Shown: positions 39,471-50,064 of the stretch, one piece after another
How the letters are laid out: every line of letters starts with the position of its first letter
Numbering within the stretch: position 1 is the first letter of the stretch
DNA from: Promethearchaeota archaeon Loki_b31
GTDB taxonomy: Archaea; Asgardarchaeota; Lokiarchaeia; Sigyniarchaeales; SOKP01
DNA length: 53,744 nucleotides
Assembly: GCA_005222975.1 (NCBI GenBank)
Contig: NJBI01000019.1
Coordinates: 1 to 53,744 of the forward strand
Direction: 5' to 3'
The notes under the pieces: generated by a model
The model's database searches: none
The model's input: only the letters and a program-made list of their open reading frames with translations
What the model was told of the DNA's origin: nothing
Made by a program: the position numbers and the translations under genes

Positions 39471-40802
39471 TTAATCAAAATCTACTACAATTTTACCATT
39501 TTTTATAACTTTTGAAACAAGATTTACTCCAAATTGGTAAGGAAGAAAATTATGATTCGGTACATCGAAAATTATTAAGTCTGCTTTCTTGCCTACTTCT
39601 ATACTTCCAATCTGTTCTTGTTTTTGAAGTGCACAAGCGGCGTTAATCGTAGCTGCTGTTAGAGCTTCAGCTGGTGAAAGTTTCATGTGATAGCAAGCTA
39701 AAGCAATTATGATTTGCATCGATTCTGTCCAACAATTTGGATTAAGGTCGGTAGCAAGGGCTATTGGAATACCATATTCGATGATCTTTCTCGCAGGAGC
39801 ATAGTCCCTCATCATTAAACAGAAAGGCGTCCCGGGTAATAGTGTAGCAATTGTTTGTGCTTTTCTCATTGCTTTCAAACCTTCGTCGTTAGATTTTAGC
39901 ATATGTCCCGTCTGCACAGCGTTTAACTCTGCTGCTAATAATGCCCCACTCGTGTCGATAATTTCGTCAATATGAATCTGCGGTTTTAGACCGTATTTCA
40001 TGGCCGCCTTTAATATTTTTTTGGTCTGAACAACTGAGAAAATCCCCTCTTCACAAAATACGTCGCAAAATTCTGCTAATTCTTCTTGTGCTACTTTTGG
40101 AATCATTTCTGAAATAATTAATTCTACATAATCGTCTGTTTCACCCTCGTATTCTGGTGGTACTGCATGAGCGCCTAAAAACGTTGATATTACATCCATG
40201 GGATGCTCGAGGTTTAACTTTTTTGCAGCTAATAACGACTTTATTTCGTTCTCGACATCGAGTCCATATCCAGATTTCGTTTCCATTGTAGTCGTTCCAT
40301 ATTCCATCATCCTATTAAGAATCTTTTTCCCATTTTGAATTAAGATTTCTAACGAAGCTTTTCTCGTCGCTTTAACAGTTTTTAATATCCCTCCCCCAGA
40401 CTCTAAAATTTCAAGGTAGGTCTTACCAGCAAGTTTCATTTCAAGTTCATTTTCTCTAAAACCATCGAAGATAATATGAGTGTGCGGATCAACAAATCCA
40501 GGAGTTACTAAACGATTTGTAGCGTCAATTATTACTGTTTTTCCGTTAGGGGAAAAGTTAGAAAATAATTCATTTGTTGTTCCTACGAAAACTATAGAAT
40601 TACCAGATATAGCAACTGCACCATCGTGAATGGGGGCCAGCTCTGCCATGTTCTTGCCTCTTCTTGGAACCCCATATTTAGAATCCATGGTTACTAATTC
40701 GTTGATGTGAATTATAATCAAATCTAGCGTGGGTGTTGGAACCTCGTTACCAACATCTTTTCTTTTTATTCTTCTTGGCGATGGAGTAGATCTTACTGTC
40801 AT
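39471..40802 (-). CDS. hutI: Imidazolonepropionase
   Basis: PGFVDPHTH, KSGYGL, FLGAHA, DVFCE, ATDLNP. Confidence 0.95.
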   Translation of the reverse strand: MTVRSTPSPRRIKRKDVGNEVPTPTLDLIIIHINELVTMDSKYGVPRRGKNMAELAPIHDGAVAISGNSIVFVGTTNELFSNFSPNGKTVIIDATNRLVTPGFVDPHTHIIFDGFRENELEMKLAGKTYLEILESGGGILKTVKATRKASLEILIQNGKKILNRMMEYGTTTMETKSGYGLDVENEIKSLLAAKKLNLEHPMDVISTFLGAHAVPPEYEGETDDYVELIISEMIPKVAQEELAEFCDVFCEEGIFSVVQTKKILKAAMKYGLKPQIHIDEIIDTSGALLAAELNAVQTGHMLKSNDEGLKAMRKAQTIATLLPGTPFCLMMRDYAPARKIIEYGIPIALATDLNPNCWTESMQIIIALACYHMKLSPAEALTAATINAACALQKQEQIGSIEVGKKADLIIFDVPNHNFLPYQFGVNLVSKVIKNGKIVVDFD

Positions 40803-42325
40803 TTTACTTCGTTTGCAATTTTGATTAATTCTTTACTTTTTATAATTTCTAAAGCAATTTCAATGTATTCCGAAAGAACTACATCTTCGTTAATATGGGG
40901 GATATTTTGACGAATATAGGCATGGCATGCTTCTAAAGTTGCACTAGATTTTAACGGTCTTCTAAAATCAAACGCTTGAGCGGCACACAAGAGTTCTATT
41001 GCAAGTATTTTTTCAAGATTATAAATTATTCGAAGCGCTTTTCTAGCACTAATCGATCCCATACTAACATGATCTTCTTGTCCCATTGATGTTGGGATAC
41101 TATCTGCGCTTGCTGGGAAGCACATTGATTTGTTTTCGCTAGCTAATGCTGCTGAACAATATTGAGTAATCATAAAACCGGAATTTAAGCCGGATTCTTG
41201 AATTAAATATGGGGGAAGTCCCCACTTTCCTTCTAAAAGAAGATATGTTCGTCGGTCTGAGATATTTCCCAGCTCAGAAGCGGCTAAACTAATATAATCC
41301 AGGGGTAAGGCAAGAGGTTGTCCATGAAAGTTTCCACCGTTGATAGCAGTATTTTCATCAAAAACTATAGGATTGTCCGTAACTGAATTTAATTCACATT
41401 CCATCTTCTCGCTTAAATGTGAAAAAGCATCTCTGGAGGCTCCATGGACTTGGGGGATACATCGAATAGAATAAGGATCTTGAACTCGACCACAATCTGC
41501 ATGTGATTCTACAAATTGAGAATTCTTCAAAAACTTCCTGATTCTTTTAGCAACAGTTTTAGCACCATCATGAGGACGTAAAGCAATTAATCTCTCATTG
41601 AAAGGTTGAGGCGATGCTAAATACCCTTCAAGCGTCATTGCTCCGATAAGATCAGCTTGCTCTAAACAACTAAAAAACTTTTCAGCGACAATAACCCCAT
41701 GAGCTGTAATGAATTGGGTTCCATTAATTAACGCCAAACCTTCTTTTGCATGAAGTTCAAGCGGTTTTAATCCGTTTTGGTTTAAAACTTCTATTGCTGG
41801 TTTATAATTTGTACCATCTTTTGACAGAAATCCTAAACCAATTAAGGGTAAAAATAAATGAGCTAACGGGGCAAGGTCTCCGGATGCTCCTACCGACCCT
41901 TGTTCTGGAACCAATGGAATAAAATCGTTGTTGATGTGCCAGAGAATTCTTTCAATCAAATTTAAAGAAATCCCAGAATATCCCATGCTTAACGCGTGGA
42001 CTTTAAGAATCAACATCAATTTTGCAATTTCCTTGCTAATAGGTGAACCAACGCCTACGCTATGGCTCTTAAGCAAATTTGATTGTAATTTACCAATTTC
42101 TTCTTTTGATATTCTAGTTGTACACAAAGACCCAAATCCCGTATTAATACTGTATACTAAGGCTTCGCCGTTTGCAATATCTTGAACAACATTATAGTTT
42201 CTTTCTATTTTTATTTTGGTTTCTTCCGTTAGGGTACCATTAATCTGACCTCTAACAATCTTCAGGGCCAAATTAACAGTCAAGTGATCTTGACCGTATT
42301 TAAAATCATTTTCCATGTTAACCAA
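40799..42325 (-). CDS. hutH: Histidine ammonia-lyase
   Basis: MIO tripeptide in GASGDLAPL; QDPYS.RC, NGGNFHG, QEDHVSM. Confidence 0.96.
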   Translation of the reverse strand: MVNMENDFKYGQDHLTVNLALKIVRGQINGTLTEETKIKIERNYNVVQDIANGEALVYSINTGFGSLCTTRISKEEIGKLQSNLLKSHSVGVGSPISKEIAKLMLILKVHALSMGYSGISLNLIERILWHINNDFIPLVPEQGSVGASGDLAPLAHLFLPLIGLGFLSKDGTNYKPAIEVLNQNGLKPLELHAKEGLALINGTQFITAHGVIVAEKFFSCLEQADLIGAMTLEGYLASPQPFNERLIALRPHDGAKTVAKRIRKFLKNSQFVESHADCGRVQDPYSIRCIPQVHGASRDAFSHLSEKMECELNSVTDNPIVFDENTAINGGNFHGQPLALPLDYISLAASELGNISDRRTYLLLEGKWGLPPYLIQESGLNSGFMITQYCSAALASENKSMCFPASADSIPTSMGQEDHVSMGSISARKALRIIYNLEKILAIELLCAAQAFDFRRPLKSSATLEACHAYIRQNIPHINEDVVLSEYIEIALEIIKSKELIKIANEVK

Positions 42326-42344
42326 ACCAAATAGGACTCTTACT

Positions 42345-44381
42345 TTATTTATACTTTTTTAAATACACATTAATAACATCATTTAATAAATCATCTTTTA
42401 CCAAAAAAGGTAAGGTGATGTGCCCTCTATCTTGATTCTTAAAATTCCAAGCATAAGCTGTTGTTAACGCGTTTTCATTTCTAGCCCAAGCTCTCCTAGC
42501 GATGCCACAGTTTACATCCCACTCAATTGCAGAGCGAATTATGTTATTTATTCGTTCTGAACCGTCTAACACTAGACCAAAACCGCCGTTAATTGCTTTT
42601 CCAGTGCCAACGCCCCCTCCATTCGATAGTACACACATAGTCATTCCTCTTGCTATATTACCTGCCCAACTGTGATGAGCCATGTCAGACATAACATTAC
42701 TGCCATCTTTTATGTTTGATGTCTCTCTAAAAGGACTATCGGTCCCAGAAACATCGTGATGGTCCCTTCCTAACATAATCGCTCCGATATCTCTATTTTT
42801 AACCATTTCGTTGAACTTTAAAGCAATTTTTACTCGAGTTTCCATATCGGCATATAATATACGAGCTTGAGAACCAACTACTAAGTTGTTCTTTTCGGCA
42901 TTCTTTATCCAATGCCAGTTATCTCTATCTTGTGAGCTCCGATTTGGATCGATAGAAGAAATTGCAACTTGATCGGTTTTTATTAAATCTGAATGATCTA
43001 AGCTTAGGCATACCCATCGGAAAGGTCCATATCCATAATCAAAACATATTGGACCCATTATATGTTCTACATAAGAGGGAAATATGAAACCATTTTTTGG
43101 ATCACCATTAATTGCAACATCATGAGCTCCAGCGTCGTAAATTGCTTTTAGAAACGAATTTCCATAGTCCCAGAATATAGTACCTCTACTAACCATAATT
43201 TTGATAAGGTTATATTGTTCCCTTAAAGATTCGTCAACTAACCTTTCAAATTTCTCTCTATCAGATTTTAATAACACCCTACCTTCCTCGAAACTTAAAC
43301 CAACGGGGGTATATCCTCCCTCATAAGGCGCGTGACAAGAAGTTTGGTCTGATGCAAGCTCCACTTTAATATTGTTGTCTACCACATATTTCCAGATATC
43401 AACAACATTACCATGATACGCAATTGAAATTGGTTCTTTCTTTTTTCTATATTCTTCAACCCAACTAAAAATTTCTTCAAGATTGCTCGAAATTTTGCTA
43501 ACCCATCCTTGCTCATAGCGAGTTTTAATTCGAGAATCGTCAACTTCAGCGATAACCCCTATACCCCCCGAAATTTCAGTTGCTTTCGCCTGAGCTCCAC
43601 TCATCCCTCCCAATCCAGAAGTTAAATAGAGAACTCCTTTAAGTCCTTCACTAGCAGGTATTTTTAAATAAAGCCGACCCGCGTTTAGCAGTGTAATGTA
43701 AGTCCCATGAACAATCCCTTGAGGACCTATATACATCCATCCTCCCGCAGTCATTTGACCGTAGTTTGCTACACCTAAAGCTGAAACTCGTTTGAATTCT
43801 TCGGGTGTATCAAACATACCAACCATCAAACCATTCGTCATAATTACTCTTGGAGCTTCTCTTTTACTGGGAAACAAGCCAAGAGGATGGCCTGACATAA
43901 CCACAATGGTTTGCTCTTCATTTATTACTTCGAGATATTTTTTAATTAATTGGTACTGCATCCAATTTTGGCAGACTTGCCCACTTTCGCCATATGTAAC
44001 GAGTTCATATGGATAAAGTGCTACATCAAAATCTAAATTATTATCAATCATTAATTGTATCGCACGAGCTTCTAAAATACCCTTGTACTCATCAACAGGT
44101 TTAGCTTTTATTTGCCCCACGGGTCGATATCGATAAGCGTATATTCGTCCTCTATTAATTAACTCGTCTAAATATTCAGGAGCAAGTCGTTTATGTAAAT
44201 TTTCAGGTATATATCGCAAAGCATTTTTTAACGCAATTATCGTCTCATCACGATTCAAGTCATAACCACGATTAGGCGCCCTTCGGATATCCTCTTTAAA
44301 GACGGGATCTGGAGGTAATTCGTCTGATAATTTAATTTTCATGGCTTTTGAAGGATCCATATTTTTAACTAACATCAACAT
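42345..44381 (-). CDS. hutU: Urocanate hydratase (long type)
   Basis: YGQMTAG, GLGGMSGAQ, DQTSCH, GRDHHDVSGTDSPFRET. Confidence 0.96.
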   Translation of the reverse strand: MLMLVKNMDPSKAMKIKLSDELPPDPVFKEDIRRAPNRGYDLNRDETIIALKNALRYIPENLHKRLAPEYLDELINRGRIYAYRYRPVGQIKAKPVDEYKGILEARAIQLMIDNNLDFDVALYPYELVTYGESGQVCQNWMQYQLIKKYLEVINEEQTIVVMSGHPLGLFPSKREAPRVIMTNGLMVGMFDTPEEFKRVSALGVANYGQMTAGGWMYIGPQGIVHGTYITLLNAGRLYLKIPASEGLKGVLYLTSGLGGMSGAQAKATEISGGIGVIAEVDDSRIKTRYEQGWVSKISSNLEEIFSWVEEYRKKKEPISIAYHGNVVDIWKYVVDNNIKVELASDQTSCHAPYEGGYTPVGLSFEEGRVLLKSDREKFERLVDESLREQYNLIKIMVSRGTIFWDYGNSFLKAIYDAGAHDVAINGDPKNGFIFPSYVEHIMGPICFDYGYGPFRWVCLSLDHSDLIKTDQVAISSIDPNRSSQDRDNWHWIKNAEKNNLVVGSQARILYADMETRVKIALKFNEMVKNRDIGAIMLGRDHHDVSGTDSPFRETSNIKDGSNVMSDMAHHSWAGNIARGMTMCVLSNGGGVGTGKAINGGFGLVLDGSERINNIIRSAIEWDVNCGIARRAWARNENALTTAYAWNFKNQDRGHITLPFLVKDDLLNDVINVYLKKYK

Positions 44382-44507
44382 GTATATATTTTTTAAAGTA
44401 AATGAATCATACCACTAAAAAATGTTTCAAATGGAATTCACAAAAGATAAAATGAAAAGAACTATTTTCGTATTAAAAAAGACCTACAAATAACTTGAGC
44501 AAATAAA

Positions 44508-44705
44508 TTGAAGGGAACAAAGCGAGCAGACATCAAATCAGGCATGCGAGTTTTAATCGTATTAAAGAAAGATCAGCGATCTGGTAAGATAACCGAGGGC
44601 ATAGTCAAAGATGTGCTTACAAATTCACCTAATCACCATTATGGGATTAAAGTTCGGTTGAGGAGCGGTGAAATTGGGCGAGTAAAAAAAATAATTAGTT
44701 TTTAA
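44508..44705 (+). CDS. YwbE/DUF2196 family protein
   Basis: VLKKDQRSG..TEG.V..VLT.S..H..GIKVRL..G.IGRV. Confidence 0.85.
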   Translation: MKGTKRADIKSGMRVLIVLKKDQRSGKITEGIVKDVLTNSPNHHYGIKVRLRSGEIGRVKKIISF

Positions 44706-44759
44706 CATAATAATTGTAGAATAGAATGGATATTAGAAAATAAAATAAAAAAAAAGTGT

Positions 44760-46598
44760 TTAAAGATTATCTAGTCCTAATTTTTCCAGTTTATCTTGTT
44801 TTGGATAACCAGTTTTAGAATCAAATGTTCTATATTTATAATAGGCATCTTTTAATTGTTCAAAATTAGGAGTCTTACCTGCAGAACCTCCTTCATTTAC
44901 GGGATTGAGAACGATTTTTGGTAATCTATCGTCCTCCGGAGATATTCCCATCTTTAAGTTAAATAATCTCTTAACCATGTATATACGTTCTCCTAATATT
45001 TTGAAGTCCTCCATAGTTAAGTTTAATCCTGCTGCTTTAGTTAACATATCGAGAATCATCGTGGGAGGTTGATTAGCAAACGAACACACTATTAATGAAC
45101 TATATATCGCACGATAATCTTGAATGCGAGCACAAAATTCTGCCATTGCTGCATCATCTTGATACCAATCTACATTTGGATTAATTCCAAAGTCGTCAAG
45201 GGCTACTCCTAATAGAATTAAATAGGGATCACATGACGTATGGCATGGGCCTCGAGGAGTTGCCAAGGCATAACTAACAGCCATTCCAAACATTCTCCGC
45301 AAATCATGGTATGGTATTTCCATACCATAAACTGTAGCAATCTCATCTTGAGGAATGTTAAATTTATGTCCAACTTTATCTGAACCTTCAGCCATTACAT
45401 CTCCAATACCCTCTTTAAACGCAATCATCTTAATTAATTCAAGAGCAGGAGTAATTTCGCCCCATTTTGGCTCTAATCCATTAATATCATCGGAATTTAT
45501 TTTTCCTTTATTAAATAGATAATAGATAAATGCTATTGTACTACTGCCGCTAATTGTATCTATTCCGTAATCGTTGCATAAGTAATTCGCTTTCTGGATT
45601 GCTTCGAGATTATCGTTTAAAAGCATAGAACCAAATCCTGCCACGGTTTCATATTCAGCTGCTTCAATCTCATAATCAGTTTTATATTCACCCTCTTTAA
45701 TTACTGTCCTCTTTGCACAGCCAATAGGGCATGAAAAACAGGGAAAACTTCCCGAAAATATTTTTTCAAAAGCAGTAGACCCTGAAATATTGAAAGCACC
45801 CTCCCATGTCCCTAACGTCCAATATTTTATTGGTAATTCACCTGATGCATTGTACATATCAACAACTCCAGATGTACCAAGACTTCCCATCATTTGTGTC
45901 GTAAACGAAGACATCAGATTATCGGTTGCTGCTTTAACTGCTGCTTTAAATTCGTCTGGTTCAGCAGTTTCATACTTTCTCTTTGCTCCTCTAACTGTTA
46001 TTGCTTTCAATTTTTTTGAGCCCATTACGGCACCCATACCTGTTCTTCCCGCAGCTTTTTCCTCTGACCCAATAATCGCGAATTTTACAAGATTTTCGCC
46101 AGCTTGCCCTATACACGCAACTCGCGTTAGTTGTGACCCTAATTTTTCCTTTAATATTTTTGTTGTTTCAAAAATTCCTTTTCCCCATAAGGTAGAAGCA
46201 TCTTTAATCTCCACTCCATTTTCGTTTATTTCTAAATAAACTGGGTTTTCAGAGGCTCCTTTAATAACTATTCCATCGTAACCTGTTTTTCTTAATTCCG
46301 GACCAAAAAAACCACCACAATTGGATTCGCCCCAAATTCCTGTTAGAGGAGATTTAGCACAGACAACGAATCTCCCACTAGTAGGAACATTAGACCCACA
46401 AAAAATTCCTGTCATAAACATTAATATATTATCCAGCGAGAGTGGGTCAGTTTCTTTGTCAATTTTGTCGTATAAATATCTACACGCATATCCAGCGCCT
46501 CCGAGAAATTTCTCTGCGATAGAATCGTCAATCAATTCTTCACTAATCTCTTTGCTGCTTAAATTAACTACTAAAAGTTTTCCAACAAAACCTTTCAT
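44760..46598 (-). CDS. Aldehyde:ferredoxin oxidoreductase family (tungsten)
   Basis: KSPLTG, SNCGG, IGQAGE, GRTGMGAVMGSKKLKA, C..CPIGC, EYET, D.YGID. Confidence 0.93.
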   Translation of the reverse strand: MKGFVGKLLVVNLSSKEISEELIDDSIAEKFLGGAGYACRYLYDKIDKETDPLSLDNILMFMTGIFCGSNVPTSGRFVVCAKSPLTGIWGESNCGGFFGPELRKTGYDGIVIKGASENPVYLEINENGVEIKDASTLWGKGIFETTKILKEKLGSQLTRVACIGQAGENLVKFAIIGSEEKAAGRTGMGAVMGSKKLKAITVRGAKRKYETAEPDEFKAAVKAATDNLMSSFTTQMMGSLGTSGVVDMYNASGELPIKYWTLGTWEGAFNISGSTAFEKIFSGSFPCFSCPIGCAKRTVIKEGEYKTDYEIEAAEYETVAGFGSMLLNDNLEAIQKANYLCNDYGIDTISGSSTIAFIYYLFNKGKINSDDINGLEPKWGEITPALELIKMIAFKEGIGDVMAEGSDKVGHKFNIPQDEIATVYGMEIPYHDLRRMFGMAVSYALATPRGPCHTSCDPYLILLGVALDDFGINPNVDWYQDDAAMAEFCARIQDYRAIYSSLIVCSFANQPPTMILDMLTKAAGLNLTMEDFKILGERIYMVKRLFNLKMGISPEDDRLPKIVLNPVNEGGSAGKTPNFEQLKDAYYKYRTFDSKTGYPKQDKLEKLGLDNL

Positions 46599-46743
46599 TT
46601 AAATAACACCTTTCAAGGTTAATTTTTAATATTTTTAATTTTAATCGTAGGTATCGATTAATTATTTTAATCTAGATACGATTATTAATTCTTTAAATAT
46701 TAAATATTCATGTTAAGAATTTATAAGAATTCATTTAGGTTAT

Positions 46744-46792
46744 CAACTTTATTAAAAATGTTAAGTAATAGTATAACATTTTAATAAAAATT
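46744..46792. other. Long AT-rich hairpin overlapping the tnpB stop, probable element right end / omegaRNA
   Basis: TTTATTAAAAATGTTA...TAACATTTTAATAAA imperfect inverted repeat. Confidence 0.5.
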
Positions 46793-48038
46793 GTTCATGC
46801 GAAGTTTGGAAAATGTCCCTTATTCGCACAGGTTGAAACCAGCAACCTCTATCGGATAGATTTTGAATAAAACCATCTCCGACTACTTTTCTGAGGATAT
46901 TTAACGCTCCATTTACATCTGCATTGAGGAGATAATTCGAACCTCTAAATAATCCTCGTTTTGTCCGTTTACCAACATAATTTTTACGTTTTTGAATCGG
47001 TTCTAAATCCAATGAGCTACATTTTGAAGTGTAGGACTCATCGATTTCGTGAATTTGAATTCCAACAAGCTGAGCTTTATAGGCTATCATTTGTTTAAGC
47101 TTTTGAATGGGGATATCCACGAAATTCTGGTTATTTCGTTTGCCCATTCTGATATTCTGTTTTATATTTTCCAATTTACCTAAGCAAATGTGTCCTATTT
47201 GGTTTTTTAAGCAATATCCTACAAGTAATTGAGCAGTTTTGTGTAAATAATCGGTAATAACTGAATTTCGATTAATATTAATACTATCAAGTCTATTTGT
47301 CCGCTTTAAGTTCTGTTTGTCTTTGATAGAATTGAGCCTTGCTTTCCGTTTATTCCATTGTCGGTTAATAGACTTTAAAACTCTTCCGGAAACGATGATC
47401 GGTTTTACATTTCTGTTTTCTACCGTAGTTATTAAATTATTTAATCCAAAATCAATAGATAAGTACGAGTCATCGTTTAATTCCGCTTTCTCTACCTTTC
47501 TTTTATATACTACTTCGACTACGTAGAATTCTTTTCTCGGCAAAATGCGTATTTGCTGATAACGTTCGAAATTCTTGTTTCTATAGTGAGGTATTGTAAT
47601 TTCTATTGGATGTTCAAATTCAGAAAATGCTTTCTTAAAAAGCTTGGACATCGTAAGAATGATTTTATTGTTTTTAACCTTACTATTCTGATTCGTAAAG
47701 ATCAAGAGATTATAACCGTCTTGCTTATATTTAGGTGGTCTCGGTCTTCCATTGAACTTTTCTCGACTTTTTTTCCATTCTTTTATCGCATTGAAGAAAC
47801 TTTTCCAATTCTTATCGATAATTTTAAGAATCTGTTGCGAAGTTTGAGCTTTTAATAATTTGTAGTTATAAGAGTGTTGCAAAATAAAATTTAAATCTTG
47901 ATAGTTAAGCCAATTTTCCAAATGAAAAAAATCTTGTCGTATGTACCAATTTGCCTGATTATAGAGCTTTTTAGAGATAGTACAAAGCAAATCTAACTGA
48001 GCACTTTTAGGATGTCTAAACTTATAAGTTAATTTCAC
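46761..48038 (-). CDS. tnpB: TnpB RNA-guided nuclease, clade lacking the 4-Cys zinc finger; no tnpA adjacent
   Basis: SIDFGLNN, DESYTSKCSSLD, KRGLF, NADVNGALNILRK. Confidence 0.9.
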   Translation of the reverse strand: MKLTYKFRHPKSAQLDLLCTISKKLYNQANWYIRQDFFHLENWLNYQDLNFILQHSYNYKLLKAQTSQQILKIIDKNWKSFFNAIKEWKKSREKFNGRPRPPKYKQDGYNLLIFTNQNSKVKNNKIILTMSKLFKKAFSEFEHPIEITIPHYRNKNFERYQQIRILPRKEFYVVEVVYKRKVEKAELNDDSYLSIDFGLNNLITTVENRNVKPIIVSGRVLKSINRQWNKRKARLNSIKDKQNLKRTNRLDSININRNSVITDYLHKTAQLLVGYCLKNQIGHICLGKLENIKQNIRMGKRNNQNFVDIPIQKLKQMIAYKAQLVGIQIHEIDESYTSKCSSLDLEPIQKRKNYVGKRTKRGLFRGSNYLLNADVNGALNILRKVVGDGFIQNLSDRGCWFQPVRIRDIFQTSHEQFLLKCYTIT

Positions 48039-48185
48039 AGTAAGATAAAATATTATTGTTAATTATTTAAAAGCAAAGACGCATGTTATTTTTAAAAAAC
48101 CTTGGGTAAAGAAAAAATAAATATATGAATTTTAAATAAATTAATTAACATTTTTTAATACTTTTAGTAAAAAATTGATATTTTT

Positions 48186-49916
48186 TTACTTAAAGATTTT
48201 CACTTCACGATCTTCTAGTTTTTCTAACGATGGAGGAAATTTTGTTAGGTTATTACATTCAATATTTAAATGCTGAAGTGAAGTAAGAGAATCTATTGAT
48301 TCTGGTATTTCTGTTATGTAATTAGTTCTTAAAAATAAGTATTTTAAGGACTTTAAATTACCAATTGTTTCTGGAATTTTTGTTAATTTATTGTTTCCTA
48401 AGTATAGATACTTTAATTTTTCAAGGTCACCAATCGATGCAGGTATTTCTTTTAAGTCGTTATAATATAAGTACAGTCTTTTAAGAGATCGTAGAGAACC
48501 AATTGAAGCGGGAATTTCTTTTATAGTATTTTTCCCTAAATCTAAGGTTTCTAAAGTAGATAAAGACCCTATAGTATCTGGAATTGTTTCTAATCGATTA
48601 AATCCTATTATTAAATTCTTTAAGAGCGGTAATTTACCGATAGTTGGTACTAAACTGGTTAATCTATTAGTAGAAATATCAAGTTCCCTTAAAGAAGACA
48701 ATAATCCTATCGACTCAGGTAAAAGCGATAATTGGTTTTTGCTTAAATCCAATACTTCAAGAGAAGATAAATTTCCTATGGATTCTGGAAGTTTTGTTAG
48801 CTTATTATCGTATAAATCCAATTCTTTTAAAGATTTTAGTTGTCCAATTGAATCGGGAAGTTCTTTTAATTCATTTCGATCAACTTTTAACGATTCTAGA
48901 GTAGTTAAATTACTTATAGAATTATGAAGGAATTTAAGATTGTTTCTATCAAACTTTAATATTTTAATTGAACTTAAATTATCCATGTCCGGTAATTGAG
49001 TTAATTCATTACTAGAAAGTTCTAATCTTAGAAGAGATTTAAGATGACCCATTGAATCGGGAAGTTCCGTTAGATAATTAGAAGAAATATTTAAACTTTC
49101 TAATGATTTAAGAGAGCCAATTGTTTCAGGAAGTAAAGGTAGCTTATTTGACGCTAATCCTAAATATTTAAGATTTTTTAAATTACCGATTGAATCAGGC
49201 ACGTACGTTAAATTATTTCCTTTTAAGAATAGGGACGACAACGACGATAAATTACCAATAGCATTAGGTAATTTACTTAATTTGTTATTTCTTAAATTTA
49301 ACCTTTTTAAAGAACTCAGAGAACCTATTGACTCTGGAAGAGTGGTTAAATTATTTTTTCCTAAATATAACAGTTTCAAAGATTTAAGATGCTCAATAGA
49401 ATCCGGGAGTTCATCAATTTTATTTTGGCTAAGATCTAAAGATTCTAGATTTTTTAATGACCCTATAGTCTCAGGAATTTCATTTAATGAATTATCACTT
49501 ATGTCCAATAATGTAAGAGAAGATAACGAACTAATCGTCTCTGGTAAAATTGTTAATCGATTCGATTCTAAATGTAATTCTTTTAGTGAAACTAGAGAAT
49601 AAATCGCTTTTGGTAGTTTTACTAATTTATTTTCGCTTAAATCTAAAGTGTTAAGAGCTGAAATAAAACAAAGTTCCTCTGGTATTACTTTTAACTTATT
49701 ACCCCTAACTAATAGTTTTTTTAGATAAGAGAGTGTGGTAATTTTTTCGGGTATTATCGTTAATCCACAAGAAAACAAGCTTAGGCCTTCTACATGGTTA
49801 TCTTTAACAGTATACCCAAAAGTATAACTTTGTAGCTCTGGTACTTCTGGAATGGATACCCCTATTAATTTTTCTAAATATTCGAGAAATTTCTGTTCTT
49901 CTTCTGGAAGAGTCAT
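48186..49916 (-). CDS. Leucine-rich repeat protein (~22 repeats of 23 aa)
   Basis: Regular LP.SIG.L..L..L.L..N.L repeats. Confidence 0.95.
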   Translation of the reverse strand: MTLPEEEQKFLEYLEKLIGVSIPEVPELQSYTFGYTVKDNHVEGLSLFSCGLTIIPEKITTLSYLKKLLVRGNKLKVIPEELCFISALNTLDLSENKLVKLPKAIYSLVSLKELHLESNRLTILPETISSLSSLTLLDISDNSLNEIPETIGSLKNLESLDLSQNKIDELPDSIEHLKSLKLLYLGKNNLTTLPESIGSLSSLKRLNLRNNKLSKLPNAIGNLSSLSSLFLKGNNLTYVPDSIGNLKNLKYLGLASNKLPLLPETIGSLKSLESLNISSNYLTELPDSMGHLKSLLRLELSSNELTQLPDMDNLSSIKILKFDRNNLKFLHNSISNLTTLESLKVDRNELKELPDSIGQLKSLKELDLYDNKLTKLPESIGNLSSLEVLDLSKNQLSLLPESIGLLSSLRELDISTNRLTSLVPTIGKLPLLKNLIIGFNRLETIPDTIGSLSTLETLDLGKNTIKEIPASIGSLRSLKRLYLYYNDLKEIPASIGDLEKLKYLYLGNNKLTKIPETIGNLKSLKYLFLRTNYITEIPESIDSLTSLQHLNIECNNLTKFPPSLEKLEDREVKIFK

Positions 49917-50064
49917 GCGTTATTTTTGATAGTTATGCAATTCATTTATCAATTATCAAAATACCTAAAAACATAATTAAAATGCATATATTTATTGTTT
50001 AACATTTCGACAAAATCAGCTAAGAATGTGAAAAAATTAAAAAAAAATAGTAAATGAATTGTGT

